Below, in pieces: positions 25,448-33,335 of a DNA stretch of 64,000 bases. Under the pieces are notes generated by a model. The model was not told where the DNA came from and searched no databases. It was given only the letters and a program-made list of their open reading frames with translations. Where the stretch lies: assembly GCA_964631145.1 (NCBI GenBank), contig CAZVXT010000002.1, positions 1,140-65,139 on the forward strand. Reading direction: 5' to 3'. Position 1 is the first letter of the stretch. Each line of letters starts with the position of its first letter. The DNA comes from an uncultured Candidatus Saccharibacteria bacterium (GTDB taxonomy: Bacteria; Patescibacteriota; Doudnabacteria; UBA920). The translations under genes were made by a program, and so were the position numbers.

Positions 25448-26536
25448 ATGGAAACACATAAATCATTAGTATTGTCTATATATAATTCTATATTTGGCAA
25501 TGACAAAATTGAGGAAGACGACAAGGTTTGGAAAGAGTGGTCGGAGTTGCATGGTGAATATCATGATCTGTTAGATTTGATGAAAGCCGATGTGCGCGAT
25601 CAATTTAAGGCTCGTGCAGTATCCATATTATTGGCACCGGATTTAAATTATTTACCATTTAAATGGAAGGAAAAAATTTTTCGCGCTTCATCAAAAAACT
25701 ATTTATCTTTAATAGGTAAAATCCCGCTTGAGTTATTTTCAAGTGACTTATTGAGCTTTGCGACCCAATTATTATATGAAAATATTGGTTTTGTTAGAAA
25801 GCTTCCAGATGGAGAAACTAAAGATAAATTGTTATTTTACTATAACAGCTATATTATTTCTTTTCTTGGAGCAATTAAAGAACCTAATCCATATATTGGA
25901 GTTTTATTTGAATATTTTCAGATTAATGATATTTACCCATTTTGTGGGATGGATGATTCTTCTGGTTACAATCCGTTTGCCGATTTGTTAAGAGTTGAGA
26001 ATGTGTCAGAAAACTGGAAGAAGCTTGCTGACAAAAAGATGCGTGATGTTATTATGTCCGAAATTAATGCTGGTTGCGAACCTCGTGCAGATTGGGAAGT
26101 GGCATTAGATTGCTATGCTGATATAATTCAGCTTATGCTGCATTCTGATCATTATCCCTATAGTGACGCATTGTTTGCATCTCAGATCGAATTTATTTTG
26201 AGCTTGCCACAGATAGATGATCGAAAATTGTTTAACGAGTGGCATATTGAAAAAATTCTAAAACGTTTGGATGGAGAAGATAATAAGCAGCTTCGCCATC
26301 GTTTTGCAAGACATGTGGTTTTGGGAAAAAGCCCTGATAGTAATAGGTTTCCTGTATATAGCCCAGAAACCAAAGCTGCTGCTGAGCACATACTTGAAGA
26401 ATTTAAAGATGATGCCGAGCTTATAGCTATTTTGCAGCCTATATATAATGAAGGCTTAGAAAATATTCGCCAGAGTAATCTAAATCAAAAAAAGACCGCA
26501 GCAAAGAATGCTGCTGCCTTATCTAATATGAAATAA
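25448..26536 (+). CDS. Hypothetical cytoplasmic protein.
   Basis: 362-aa ORF. GGAGG lies upstream at 25437-25441. A terminator hairpin follows at 26559-26596. Confidence 0.55.
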   Translation: METHKSLVLSIYNSIFGNDKIEEDDKVWKEWSELHGEYHDLLDLMKADVRDQFKARAVSILLAPDLNYLPFKWKEKIFRASSKNYLSLIGKIPLELFSSDLLSFATQLLYENIGFVRKLPDGETKDKLLFYYNSYIISFLGAIKEPNPYIGVLFEYFQINDIYPFCGMDDSSGYNPFADLLRVENVSENWKKLADKKMRDVIMSEINAGCEPRADWEVALDCYADIIQLMLHSDHYPYSDALFASQIEFILSLPQIDDRKLFNEWHIEKILKRLDGEDNKQLRHRFARHVVLGKSPDSNRFPVYSPETKAAAEHILEEFKDDAELIAILQPIYNEGLENIRQSNLNQKKTAAKNAAALSNMK

Positions 26537-26649
26537 CGATTTATATAATCAAAAATAACAGCCGCAGATTGCTATCATTAGCAACTGCGGCTTTTTATTA
26601 TTCAAAAAACTATTAAGTCTTTATAATAATTTAAGTGGACATAATGTTA

Positions 26650-27138
26650 TTATGGTTCATCAGTCCAAATTACACCTACGCCAAATAAAACAATAGATAA
26701 TATACCCCAATAGAATACAATGGCGTTATGAGGGTAAACACTTATTCCTTGAGGCGCTGTAACTGATGAGGAATTATCAAGTAGTGTTTCTCTCAGCTTC
26801 ATTAAGACATTACTTTTTTCAAGTTGTGTTGCCTCTGGTTTAACTTGCTTTAATTCTTCTAAGGCTGATTTTAAATTGCTATACCAAAAACTAACATCTT
26901 CATCAGGTGCTTGCCACAAAACAGAAGTGTAGCCGCTAGTCATTTGTTCCTTTTCGATATAAGAAATAGCGGTCTCCATTTCTTTTGTCGCAATTTCTAC
27001 GGTGTTAGCATCACCGGCACGTTTAAGATACCCTTCACAATTACGATCAAAGACAAAATATGTTTGAATCCTGTATCCCGTCCATGCTAAGAATTACAAA
27101 AGCATTACTATTGTAAAAACTATAGCTTTAATATTCAT
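26650..27138 (-). pseudogene. Secreted/anchored protein gene interrupted by an in-frame TAA directly after its signal peptide. Either a pseudogene or a sequencing error.
   Basis: The minus-strand translation is MNIKAIVFTIVMLL*FLAWTGYRIQTYFVFDRNCEGYLKRAGDANTVEIATKEMETAISYIEKEQ..., all in one frame. The track ORF 26650..26979 (METAIS...) is its 3' portion. The C-terminus has a TM segment 'ILSIVLFGVGVIW'. Confidence 0.4.
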
Positions 27139-27419
27139 TATAATATTTCCTCCATTTTTAGAATACCAGCTTATGTTGACTAATGATATTAGTACATTTA
27201 CCTTAATACGTCAAGCATCGTTTAAATTAAAAGACCCAGCATTATACTTGCCAGGTCTTTGGTAAAAATTCAATCATCGTCTTTACTGCCGAAATGAGAA
27301 GTAGTCATTTTAATTATTTAATTTTTTATATATAAAGCCTTTACAAATATATTTATTTTATTTATAATTTATTTCAGAGTGCTTTTTACTCTAAAAATAC
27401 AAAATTTTAAGGAGATTTT

Positions 27420-27941
27420 ATGAAAAAAATGTTTTTGACATTTTCTGTGTTGTTTTTTGCTTGTTTGCTTGGGATGAGTTTTCTTTTGCCTATATCTAGT
27501 GCTTCAAATGATGGTGCAAATGGTTCGGCAAATGAAAAATTGAAATATGAAAAAGCAATCGTAGATCCTGATGGGTCCTTGGATGTCCCGGACGGTTATC
27601 GTAGAGTGCCGATCAATTTTACTGAAAAATCAGAAGCAAAAGCAAAAGATCAATGGTTGCAAGCTTATGGTAATATGGAAGGTTATTCTTTGGAAAAAGC
27701 TAAGAAAATTACCTTTATTGCAAAAAATGGAACAGCACCGTGTGCCTGTAGTATGTCTGGGGCGTGTTATGTTTATTACCCCAAAACTCGACAAAGTGCA
27801 GAGCATTGTGAACCAGACTGCAATACTGTATGTTTGACCGGAATGGCTTGCAAAAAACCGGAAGAAAATTTGGATAAAGCTCTTTCGTTGTCTTACGATC
27901 CGAAAAAGTATTTAAACCAAACAAACAACAACGTAGAATAG
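27420..27941 (+). CDS. Secreted Cys-rich protein.
   Basis: The signal peptide is 'MKKMFLTFSVLFFACLLGMSFLLPISSA'. The C-terminal half contains eight Cys (CAC, CY, CEPDC, CL, C). A terminator follows at 27963-27996. Confidence 0.55.
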   Translation: MKKMFLTFSVLFFACLLGMSFLLPISSASNDGANGSANEKLKYEKAIVDPDGSLDVPDGYRRVPINFTEKSEAKAKDQWLQAYGNMEGYSLEKAKKITFIAKNGTAPCACSMSGACYVYYPKTRQSAEHCEPDCNTVCLTGMACKKPEENLDKALSLSYDPKKYLNQTNNNVE

Positions 27942-27997
27942 TGTCATAAATAATTGAAAATTAAGGGTTTTTGCGCATTTTCAAAAACCCTTTTTTA

Positions 27998-28039
27998 TTT
28001 TGCCAAATTAAAAGCATCCTTAGAGGCTTTTTTGGTGGA
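27998..28039. repeat. Direct repeat copy A (~42 nt), a terminator-like element. Copy B is at 28535-28579.
   Basis: Copy A is ttttgccaaattaaaagcatccttagaggcttttttggtgga. Copy B is tttctgccaaattaaaagcagcctataaggctgctttttggtgga. They share the 16-nt block tgccaaattaaaagca and the tail tttttggtgga. Confidence 0.5.
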
Positions 28040-28171
28040 CATCATTTAAAAAATATAATTTAAATCTTGTAAATAAGCCTTTGATTAAATTTGGACAAAA
28101 CTGTATTAAAAATAAAAAGCCTAAGACTTTGTATGTCATAGACTTTGTTTTTGCTTTCTAGTGAACAGGAT

Positions 28172-28489
28172 TCAAAAATTCCAATTTAAATTTTGTGTTA
28201 CAGAAGCATCTAATTTATAAATTACTAATTCGGGCATTTTTCCAGAGTTAATGGTAACTCCTGGTCTTTGAATTGATTTTAGAATATCTTCCTCTGAAGA
28301 GGGGACCAGTTGGTAAGAATCTGGGCTGCCTACAAATTTGTATTCTCCGGTTTTTCCATTAACGAAGCTTCCATCCTCAAATTTTATTTCGCTATCATTA
28401 ATTTCTTTTAAAGGTTTGTCAGTAAAAATTATGACCGGACCTAGTTCTATAAGCTTAGCTGCGGCAATTTTTTGCATATTTTCCTCCAA
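28172..28489 (-). CDS. Hypothetical small protein flanked by the direct repeats.
   Basis: 105-aa ORF. Confidence 0.45.
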   Translation of the reverse strand: MEENMQKIAAAKLIELGPVIIFTDKPLKEINDSEIKFEDGSFVNGKTGEYKFVGSPDSYQLVPSSEEDILKSIQRPGVTINSGKMPELVIYKLDASVTQNLNWNF

Positions 28490-28534
28490 TTTTTAACTTG
28501 TGATATGACCTCAAACTTTAACATATTATATTGT

Positions 28535-28579
28535 TTCTGCCAAATTAAAAGCAGCCTATAAGGCTGCTTTTTGGTGGAG
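28535..28579. repeat. Direct repeat copy B.
   Basis: See copy A. It contains the hairpin gcagcctataaggctgc followed by a T-run. Confidence 0.5.
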
Positions 28580-28722
28580 TGAGTCGAGAGGGTTGGCAAA
28601 CTTTGATAAAGAGCATAACTATCTTCACTTGACATACATTAGCAAATATGCTATAATATGTCAAATACAAAAATCTGGTTTTGTGAGCCAAAAATACACT
28701 AAAATTTACTGGAGGAAATCAA

Positions 28723-29169
28723 ATGTTATATACTATTTTGGCTACTATCGCTTCAATCAATTCTTTCTTAGCTGTTATTCTTTTGCTGACTTTCTATTAT
28801 CTCAAGCTGAGATATGGAATATATGGGATGACTGAGAGAGTTAATCGGCTCGCCGGCACTCGTGCCATCGCTCTGGTTCAGATTTACGCCCATCTTTCGC
28901 TTGCGGTCTGGATTGCTTTAGCTCTTCCGTGGATAGATCTTTTCACGGTTCAAAAGCTCTCGTATTTCAAAGACGGAGGCGTGGACAGCTATCTCGGCTG
29001 GATGACGAGCAGACAGGCGAGCATTTACTTCGTGCTGATGTTCTTTAACATTCTCGGTGCGAAAGCTGCTCTGCCCGTTGGCGAACTTGCTTCTTTGCTT
29101 CGTAGAGGCAGAGTCCGCATGATGAAGTGGGGTATTTTCTTCGTTTGGAAGCCCGAAGAAGTGTCCTAG
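28723..29169 (+). CDS. Hypothetical membrane protein whose 3' two-thirds is markedly GC-rich; likely horizontally acquired.
   Basis: 148-aa ORF. From ~28840 onwards the sequence is ~50% GC against a ~33% background. A strong terminator lies at 29197-29233 (gaccgttc...gaacggtc + T6). It lies ~185 nt from the ssrA 3' end, a known island-integration hotspot. Confidence 0.5.
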   Translation: MLYTILATIASINSFLAVILLLTFYYLKLRYGIYGMTERVNRLAGTRAIALVQIYAHLSLAVWIALALPWIDLFTVQKLSYFKDGGVDSYLGWMTSRQASIYFVLMFFNILGAKAALPVGELASLLRRGRVRMMKWGIFFVWKPEEVS

Positions 29170-29353
29170 TATCCATGCGAGAATCATTTCGCACTGACCG
29201 TTCTGAACTTTCGAGTTTGGAACGGTCTTTTTTATATAAGATAAGTTAGTTTTACTCTCCCGCTATCTATCTCAAAAAAGACAATTTTGGTAAACTAAAA
29301 AACACCTATACAAAGATTGGTGTTTTTATCAAAAGGTTTAAACTTTTTTCATT

Positions 29354-29740
29354 TGGTGGAGATGGCGGGAGTTAAACCCGCGTCCAAAATTTCTTAACCA
29401 ATTTATTGTTCACAAGATTAGTTCGTTATTTTACTGCATGCCATTCAACGAACAACTAAGCATACAGTTTAAAATACTTCTTTTCGATATTGTTACGTAT
29501 TTCAAATAACAATATTATAGCTTCTATTGTCTAGCTAATCTTTACCCAAAGCAGAGGTAAAGGGCTAGTGCACGAACCAATGTTAGGCAAGTGCAGGTTG
29601 TAGGGTTGCATTAGAAAATGCAGCTACAACTTTGTTCCATGCGTTAGCACGTAAGATTGCTTGTAAGATTAATGAGCTTGCAAGCTGGCTCATCTTGCAT
29701 ATAAAGAGATTGTAAAATTCTGTCAAAATCCAACATCCCC
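29354..29740 (-). ncRNA. ssrA: tmRNA (SsrA).
   Basis: The 5' end GGGGAUGUUGGAUUUUGACAG matches the consensus GGGGcuGAUUcUGGAUUCGAC. The 3' tRNA-like end GGACGCGGGUUUAACUCCCGCCAUCUCCACCA contains the T-arm and ACCA. A candidate tag ORF ...ANAWNKVVAAFSNATLQPALA-UAA is present in the middle. Confidence 0.8.
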
Positions 29741-29800
29741 AAATTTTATGTTTGCAAGGTAATTACCCCGCAAAAATGTATTTTAAATATACGGTAAATA

Positions 29801-29829
29801 TTGACATTTGTCAAGGAGTCTGCTAATAT
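29801..29829 (+). promoter_or_regulatory. Consensus sigma-70 promoter, TTGACA-17-TAATAT, overlapping a TTGAC-ATTT-GTCAA palindrome.
   Basis: ttgaca (29801-29806), a 17-nt spacer, then taatat (29824-29829). The palindrome ttgacatttgtcaa overlaps the -35 element. The SD aagggagg lies at 29843-29850, before the ATG at 29859. Confidence 0.45.
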
Positions 29830-29858
29830 ATGACAAATTATAAAGGGAGGACAAAATT

Positions 29859-30533
29859 ATGTCATCAGATAGAATTATCTCTCAAATTAAATTTGAGAAA
29901 ATGTTTACCGCCAATAAATATTTTTTGATTGGTGCAAAGCTTAACTTAGCCTTAAAGGCATTGGAGTTTGGTAGAGAATATCATACTGGTCTTCGTAAAG
30001 ACGGCTCGCCAGAGTATAGTCATCAGCTTTCGCAGATGCTTTATCTGCAATCGCTCATTGGCTTGATGAAGCATCCGCAAGAAACCCTTGCCGCTGTGGC
30101 ATTGCACGATGTAAAAGAAGATTATGGTATTCAATCCAACAGAGTGCCGCCAGGCATGATGCCAGTTACTTACGAATTAATAGAAAAAGAATTTGGCAGT
30201 ATGGTAGCAGAATCCGTAGATTTGATGGATAAAAACCGCTTAGGCTCCAAAATGTCAGACGATCAATATTACGATCCTATTGCATTAAATCCAATTGCTT
30301 CTATTGTTAAGCCTGCAGATAGAGTGCATAACTTTTATACTATGGTCGGTGCATTTACCAAAGAAAAGCAAATTTCATATATGGAAGTTGGACGAAATTA
30401 TGTTTTGCCGCTCGTTAAAGCAGCCGGCAAAAACTTTCCTGAGCAACTGCCAGTGTATCAAAATTTAGGTTATGTTCTGAAGATGCAAATAGAATTAATT
30501 TCTGTAGGATTAGAAATACCAGCAGGAATTTAG
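29859..30533 (+). CDS. HD-domain (p)ppGpp hydrolase-like protein (SpoT/RelA-type HD, small alarmone hydrolase-like).
   Basis: 'RKDGSPEYSHQLSQMLYL', 'AAVALHDVKEDYG' and 'KPADRVHNF' align with the SpoT HD-domain motifs RKSGEPYIIHPL / ALLHDVIEDT / KLADRLHNM. Confidence 0.55.
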   Translation: MSSDRIISQIKFEKMFTANKYFLIGAKLNLALKALEFGREYHTGLRKDGSPEYSHQLSQMLYLQSLIGLMKHPQETLAAVALHDVKEDYGIQSNRVPPGMMPVTYELIEKEFGSMVAESVDLMDKNRLGSKMSDDQYYDPIALNPIASIVKPADRVHNFYTMVGAFTKEKQISYMEVGRNYVLPLVKAAGKNFPEQLPVYQNLGYVLKMQIELISVGLEIPAGI

Positions 30534-30580
30534 TTTACTTAAAGGCGTATAATTTACGTCTTTTTATTTTTATAAAAAAT

Positions 30581-31114
30581 TTGTTAGGGTGTATAATTAA
30601 AGTAACAATTAAAACATTTATTATGTTCAAGGATTTAAAACATAAAGCATTTGTGCCTTGGGTATTATTAATTATCCGGGTGTATGTTGGCTGGACATGG
30701 TTAGAAGCAGGATATGCTAAAATTACTAGTTCGGCGTGGGTGGGAAGTAATGCAGGAACTGCTCTGACTGGATTTTTAAAAGCATCCCTAGCTAAAACAT
30801 CGGGCGAGCATCCAGATGTGCAAGCTTGGTATGTATGGTTAATTCAGCATATTGCTTTGCCAAATGCGGCTGTATTTTCTTACTTAGTTTCGCTTGGAGA
30901 ATTATTTGTGGGCATTGGATTGATTTTAGGAATCTTCAGTTTGTTAGCGACTAAGTTTGGATTGTTTATGAATTTTAATTATTTGTTAGCTGGTGCAGTA
31001 AGTATTAATCCGCAATTAATTTTGCTAGAGTTAATATTATTGTGGGGTGGTAAGCGTACCGAAAAATACGGCTTAGATTATTTTAGACATAAGCATTTAA
31101 ATAAAAAGGATTAA
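30581..31114 (+). CDS. DoxX-family membrane protein.
   Basis: It has four TMs and a DoxX-like N-terminal segment 'WVLLIIRVYVGWTWLEAGYAKI'. Confidence 0.5.
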   Translation: MLGCIIKVTIKTFIMFKDLKHKAFVPWVLLIIRVYVGWTWLEAGYAKITSSAWVGSNAGTALTGFLKASLAKTSGEHPDVQAWYVWLIQHIALPNAAVFSYLVSLGELFVGIGLILGIFSLLATKFGLFMNFNYLLAGAVSINPQLILLELILLWGGKRTEKYGLDYFRHKHLNKKD

Positions 31115-31168
31115 TATATAATTTATATTAGGGTTATTTAAAATTTAACAAAAATCTGCAACAAGTAA

Positions 31169-31251
31169 GACATATGGTATTCTCACTAGTCCTCGCTCTA
31201 TTATATAAATTCAAAAATAGAACTGCGGAATTCGTTCGAATACTATATGTC
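31169..31251 (+). repeat. Conserved structured terminator-like element, copy 1: a long hairpin with a 14-bp outer stem, a conserved internal core, and a T-run.
   Basis: The outer stem is gacatatggtattc / gaatactatatgtc. The core is tcactagtcctcgctcta-[AT loop]-atagaactgcggaattcgttc. It is followed by tttcttttt. Copy 2 is at 38157-38244. Confidence 0.5.
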
Positions 31252-31277
31252 TTTCTTTTTATATCTGTCTTCTAGTA

Positions 31278-31305
31278 AAAAACCCGGCATAAGCCGGGTT
31301 TATTT
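31278..31305 (-). terminator. Intrinsic terminator for the minus-strand gene 31306..31722.
   Basis: cccggc-ataa-gccggg flanked by A/T runs. Confidence 0.55.
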
Positions 31306-31722
31306 TTACTTCTTTTTTGACACTGCCTTTTTTGCAGTTTTTGCTGCCTTGGCTACTTTTTTAGTTGCCTTTGGTAATACTTTTTTTACAGAGTTTTTAG
31401 CAGAATCAAATTGATCTTTAATCGCATCCCAATTAGACTTTAACTCGCTAGTCACCATCACTAATTCTTGAGTGTCGATATTCTTGATGTCTTTATAATT
31501 TTTGGAAATAGTGTCTACGATTTTGTTATAAGAACTTTTAGTTGCTTTTTGGGTTTTGTGTAATTCTGCAACCACATCGTTTTGAAGATCTTTAGCCCAC
31601 TTGCTAATCTTTTTTCTATTTTTAGCATTTTTGCCAGTAAGTAAATATACACTAGCTGCTGCGGCTGCAAGAGCGGTTAATCCTACACCTGCCGCGATAA
31701 TTTGTTTTTGTTGTTTCTTCAT
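31306..31722 (-). CDS. Hypothetical Lys-rich protein with an N-terminal TM/signal segment.
   Basis: 138 aa. The N-terminus is 'IIAAGVGLTALAAAAASVYLL' and the C-terminus is KKxAK-rich. Confidence 0.45.
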   Translation of the reverse strand: MKKQQKQIIAAGVGLTALAAAAASVYLLTGKNAKNRKKISKWAKDLQNDVVAELHKTQKATKSSYNKIVDTISKNYKDIKNIDTQELVMVTSELKSNWDAIKDQFDSAKNSVKKVLPKATKKVAKAAKTAKKAVSKKK

Positions 31723-31726
31723 AAAA

Positions 31727-32008
31727 TTACTTTCTTTTCTTATTTTTAAATATTTGCTTGAGGGACATGTTTTTTATAAAGCCCAGAATAGTTGAAATAC
31801 TAACTCCTTTTTCTTTGATATTGTTTCTTAATTCGCTTAAATCTTCCGAAACAATTTCAGCACCACGCTTGGCAGTATGTAAAACAGTTTTAATAGTCCT
31901 TAATAGGTATATTAAATAGAGTAGGGCAATAATAATTAATGCTGAAATAAGCACTATTGCACTGCCTGTGATTATAAAAAATAAGTCAGATATTGATAAG
32001 CCATTCAT
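31727..32008 (-). CDS. Small membrane protein.
   Basis: 93 aa with one TM 'IITGSAIVLISALIIIALLYLIYLL'. The stop and start are 4 nt from the neighbouring gene. Confidence 0.4.
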   Translation of the reverse strand: MNGLSISDLFFIITGSAIVLISALIIIALLYLIYLLRTIKTVLHTAKRGAEIVSEDLSELRNNIKEKGVSISTILGFIKNMSLKQIFKNKKRK

Positions 32009-32023
32009 AAAGTAATTATACCA

Positions 32024-32578
32024 CTATTTATCTAGATATCTCTTAAATAATTCTTCTAGAACAATTTGATACTGTTTTCGGATATTTTCATCGTAACCAA
32101 TTTCTATAACCTCATCATTAAGATTGGTGGCATTACTTGTCCAATTATAAGATCCGCTAAAGTAAGATTTTTCTGTTACTAAAGTTTTGATATGCATTAT
32201 TGCACTATGATCTTGAAATCCAATAGGAATACCAGCTTGTTGCAACTCTTTGATAATCGCAGCTTGTTCTTTAATTTGAGCAGTTTGATCTTTGTCGACA
32301 ACTCCTTTTATGGTTATGCCTCTATATTTTGCTCCTAGCAAAGCATCTTTAATATCTTGCCGAGTAAAAGTATAAATAGCAAAATAAATAAATTGATCAG
32401 CGTTTTGAATTTCTTTAATTAGCTTTTGATTGGCTTGTGTTTGCTGATTATAGTAAACCCGTACCGCGGGTTTGCTGTAGGAAATTGGTCTGTATACCCA
32501 CGAGTAATATAGCTGTCCAATAGTTGCTATAAGTAGTGCGATAATTACAAAATAAATAATGTCTTTATATATACGCAT
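32024..32578 (-). CDS. Phospholipase D / Nuc-like single-HKD-domain protein with an N-terminal TM.
   Basis: 'MHIKTLVTEKSYFSGSYNWTSNA' fits the HxK-x4-(D/E)-x5/6-GSxN (HKD) motif. The N-terminal TM is 'IIYFVIIALLIATIGQLYY'. Confidence 0.5.
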   Translation of the reverse strand: MRIYKDIIYFVIIALLIATIGQLYYSWVYRPISYSKPAVRVYYNQQTQANQKLIKEIQNADQFIYFAIYTFTRQDIKDALLGAKYRGITIKGVVDKDQTAQIKEQAAIIKELQQAGIPIGFQDHSAIMHIKTLVTEKSYFSGSYNWTSNATNLNDEVIEIGYDENIRKQYQIVLEELFKRYLDK

Positions 32579-32636
32579 GACTTAATTATATTACATACTT
32601 TTCAAGTTTTAATAAAACAGACCAATGCGATCTGTT

Positions 32637-33068
32637 TTATACAAGCTTTTTAATTTCTCTTTTAGTATCTCTGGTTTTGATATATTCTCGTTTGTCTTGC
32701 TTTTTGCGACCTCTACCAATACCAATTTTAATCTTTACTAAATTTTTATTTCCAATATAAATTTCTAATGGCACAATAGTAAAGCCTTTATCTAGTCCTG
32801 TAATTTGATTCAACTCTTTTTGGGTTAAAAGCAATGTGCGGGTGTGAGTCGGGTCGTATCCTTCAGCTGGGGCATATTTATACTGACCAATATGGGTATT
32901 TATTAGCACCACATTGTTGCCATTAATTTTGACATAGCTTCCAGTTAAAGAAACATTGCCTGATTTTGCAGCCTTAACTTCGGCACCAGACAACATTAAA
33001 CCGGCATCATAGGTGTCCTTGATGTCATAGTCTAACCTTGCTCGTTTGTTGGTAGCTAATATCTTCAT
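32637..33068 (-). CDS. smpB: SsrA-binding protein SmpB.
   Basis: Contains 'NKRARLDYDIKDTYDAGLMLSGAEVKAAKSGNVSLTGSYV' and 'DPTHTRTLLLTQKEL', which are SmpB hallmarks. Confidence 0.85.
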   Translation of the reverse strand: MKILATNKRARLDYDIKDTYDAGLMLSGAEVKAAKSGNVSLTGSYVKINGNNVVLINTHIGQYKYAPAEGYDPTHTRTLLLTQKELNQITGLDKGFTIVPLEIYIGNKNLVKIKIGIGRGRKKQDKREYIKTRDTKREIKKLV

Positions 33069-33147
33069 ATATGTATTTTACCAGTTTGAAAAAGCTTTTC
33101 AAATGATATATAATTGCTTAGAAATTTATATTAATAAAGGAGGTTTT

Positions 33148-33294
33148 ATGTCTTTAAAGAAATCTTTATTATTTAAAGAATTGGGAGAACAGCTTAGAAT
33201 ATTGTTTAAAAATATTATGAAAAATTCGGAAAATACCGATTATATTTATTCAGTTTTGAAGCATCTTAAAGTTTTAAATAAAAATCTATCTTAA
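33148..33294 (+). CDS. Candidate small protein of 48 aa with a strong SD.
   Basis: AAGGAGG (33137-33143) lies 4 nt before the ATG at 33148. The product is MSLKKSLLFKELGEQLRILFKNIMKNSENTDYIYSVLKHLKVLNKNLS. The track shows a longer form starting at 33046 that would overlap the smpB start. Confidence 0.35.
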   Translation: MSLKKSLLFKELGEQLRILFKNIMKNSENTDYIYSVLKHLKVLNKNLS

Positions 33295-33335
33295 AATAAA
33301 ACAGTCGCTAGTTTTTTAAGCGGTTGTTTTTATTT

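Noticed and set aside
33046-33147. Long form of the small ORF (start at 33046).
   Set aside because: It would overlap the smpB start codon region on the other strand, and the AAGGAGG SD sits in front of the internal ATG at 33148.
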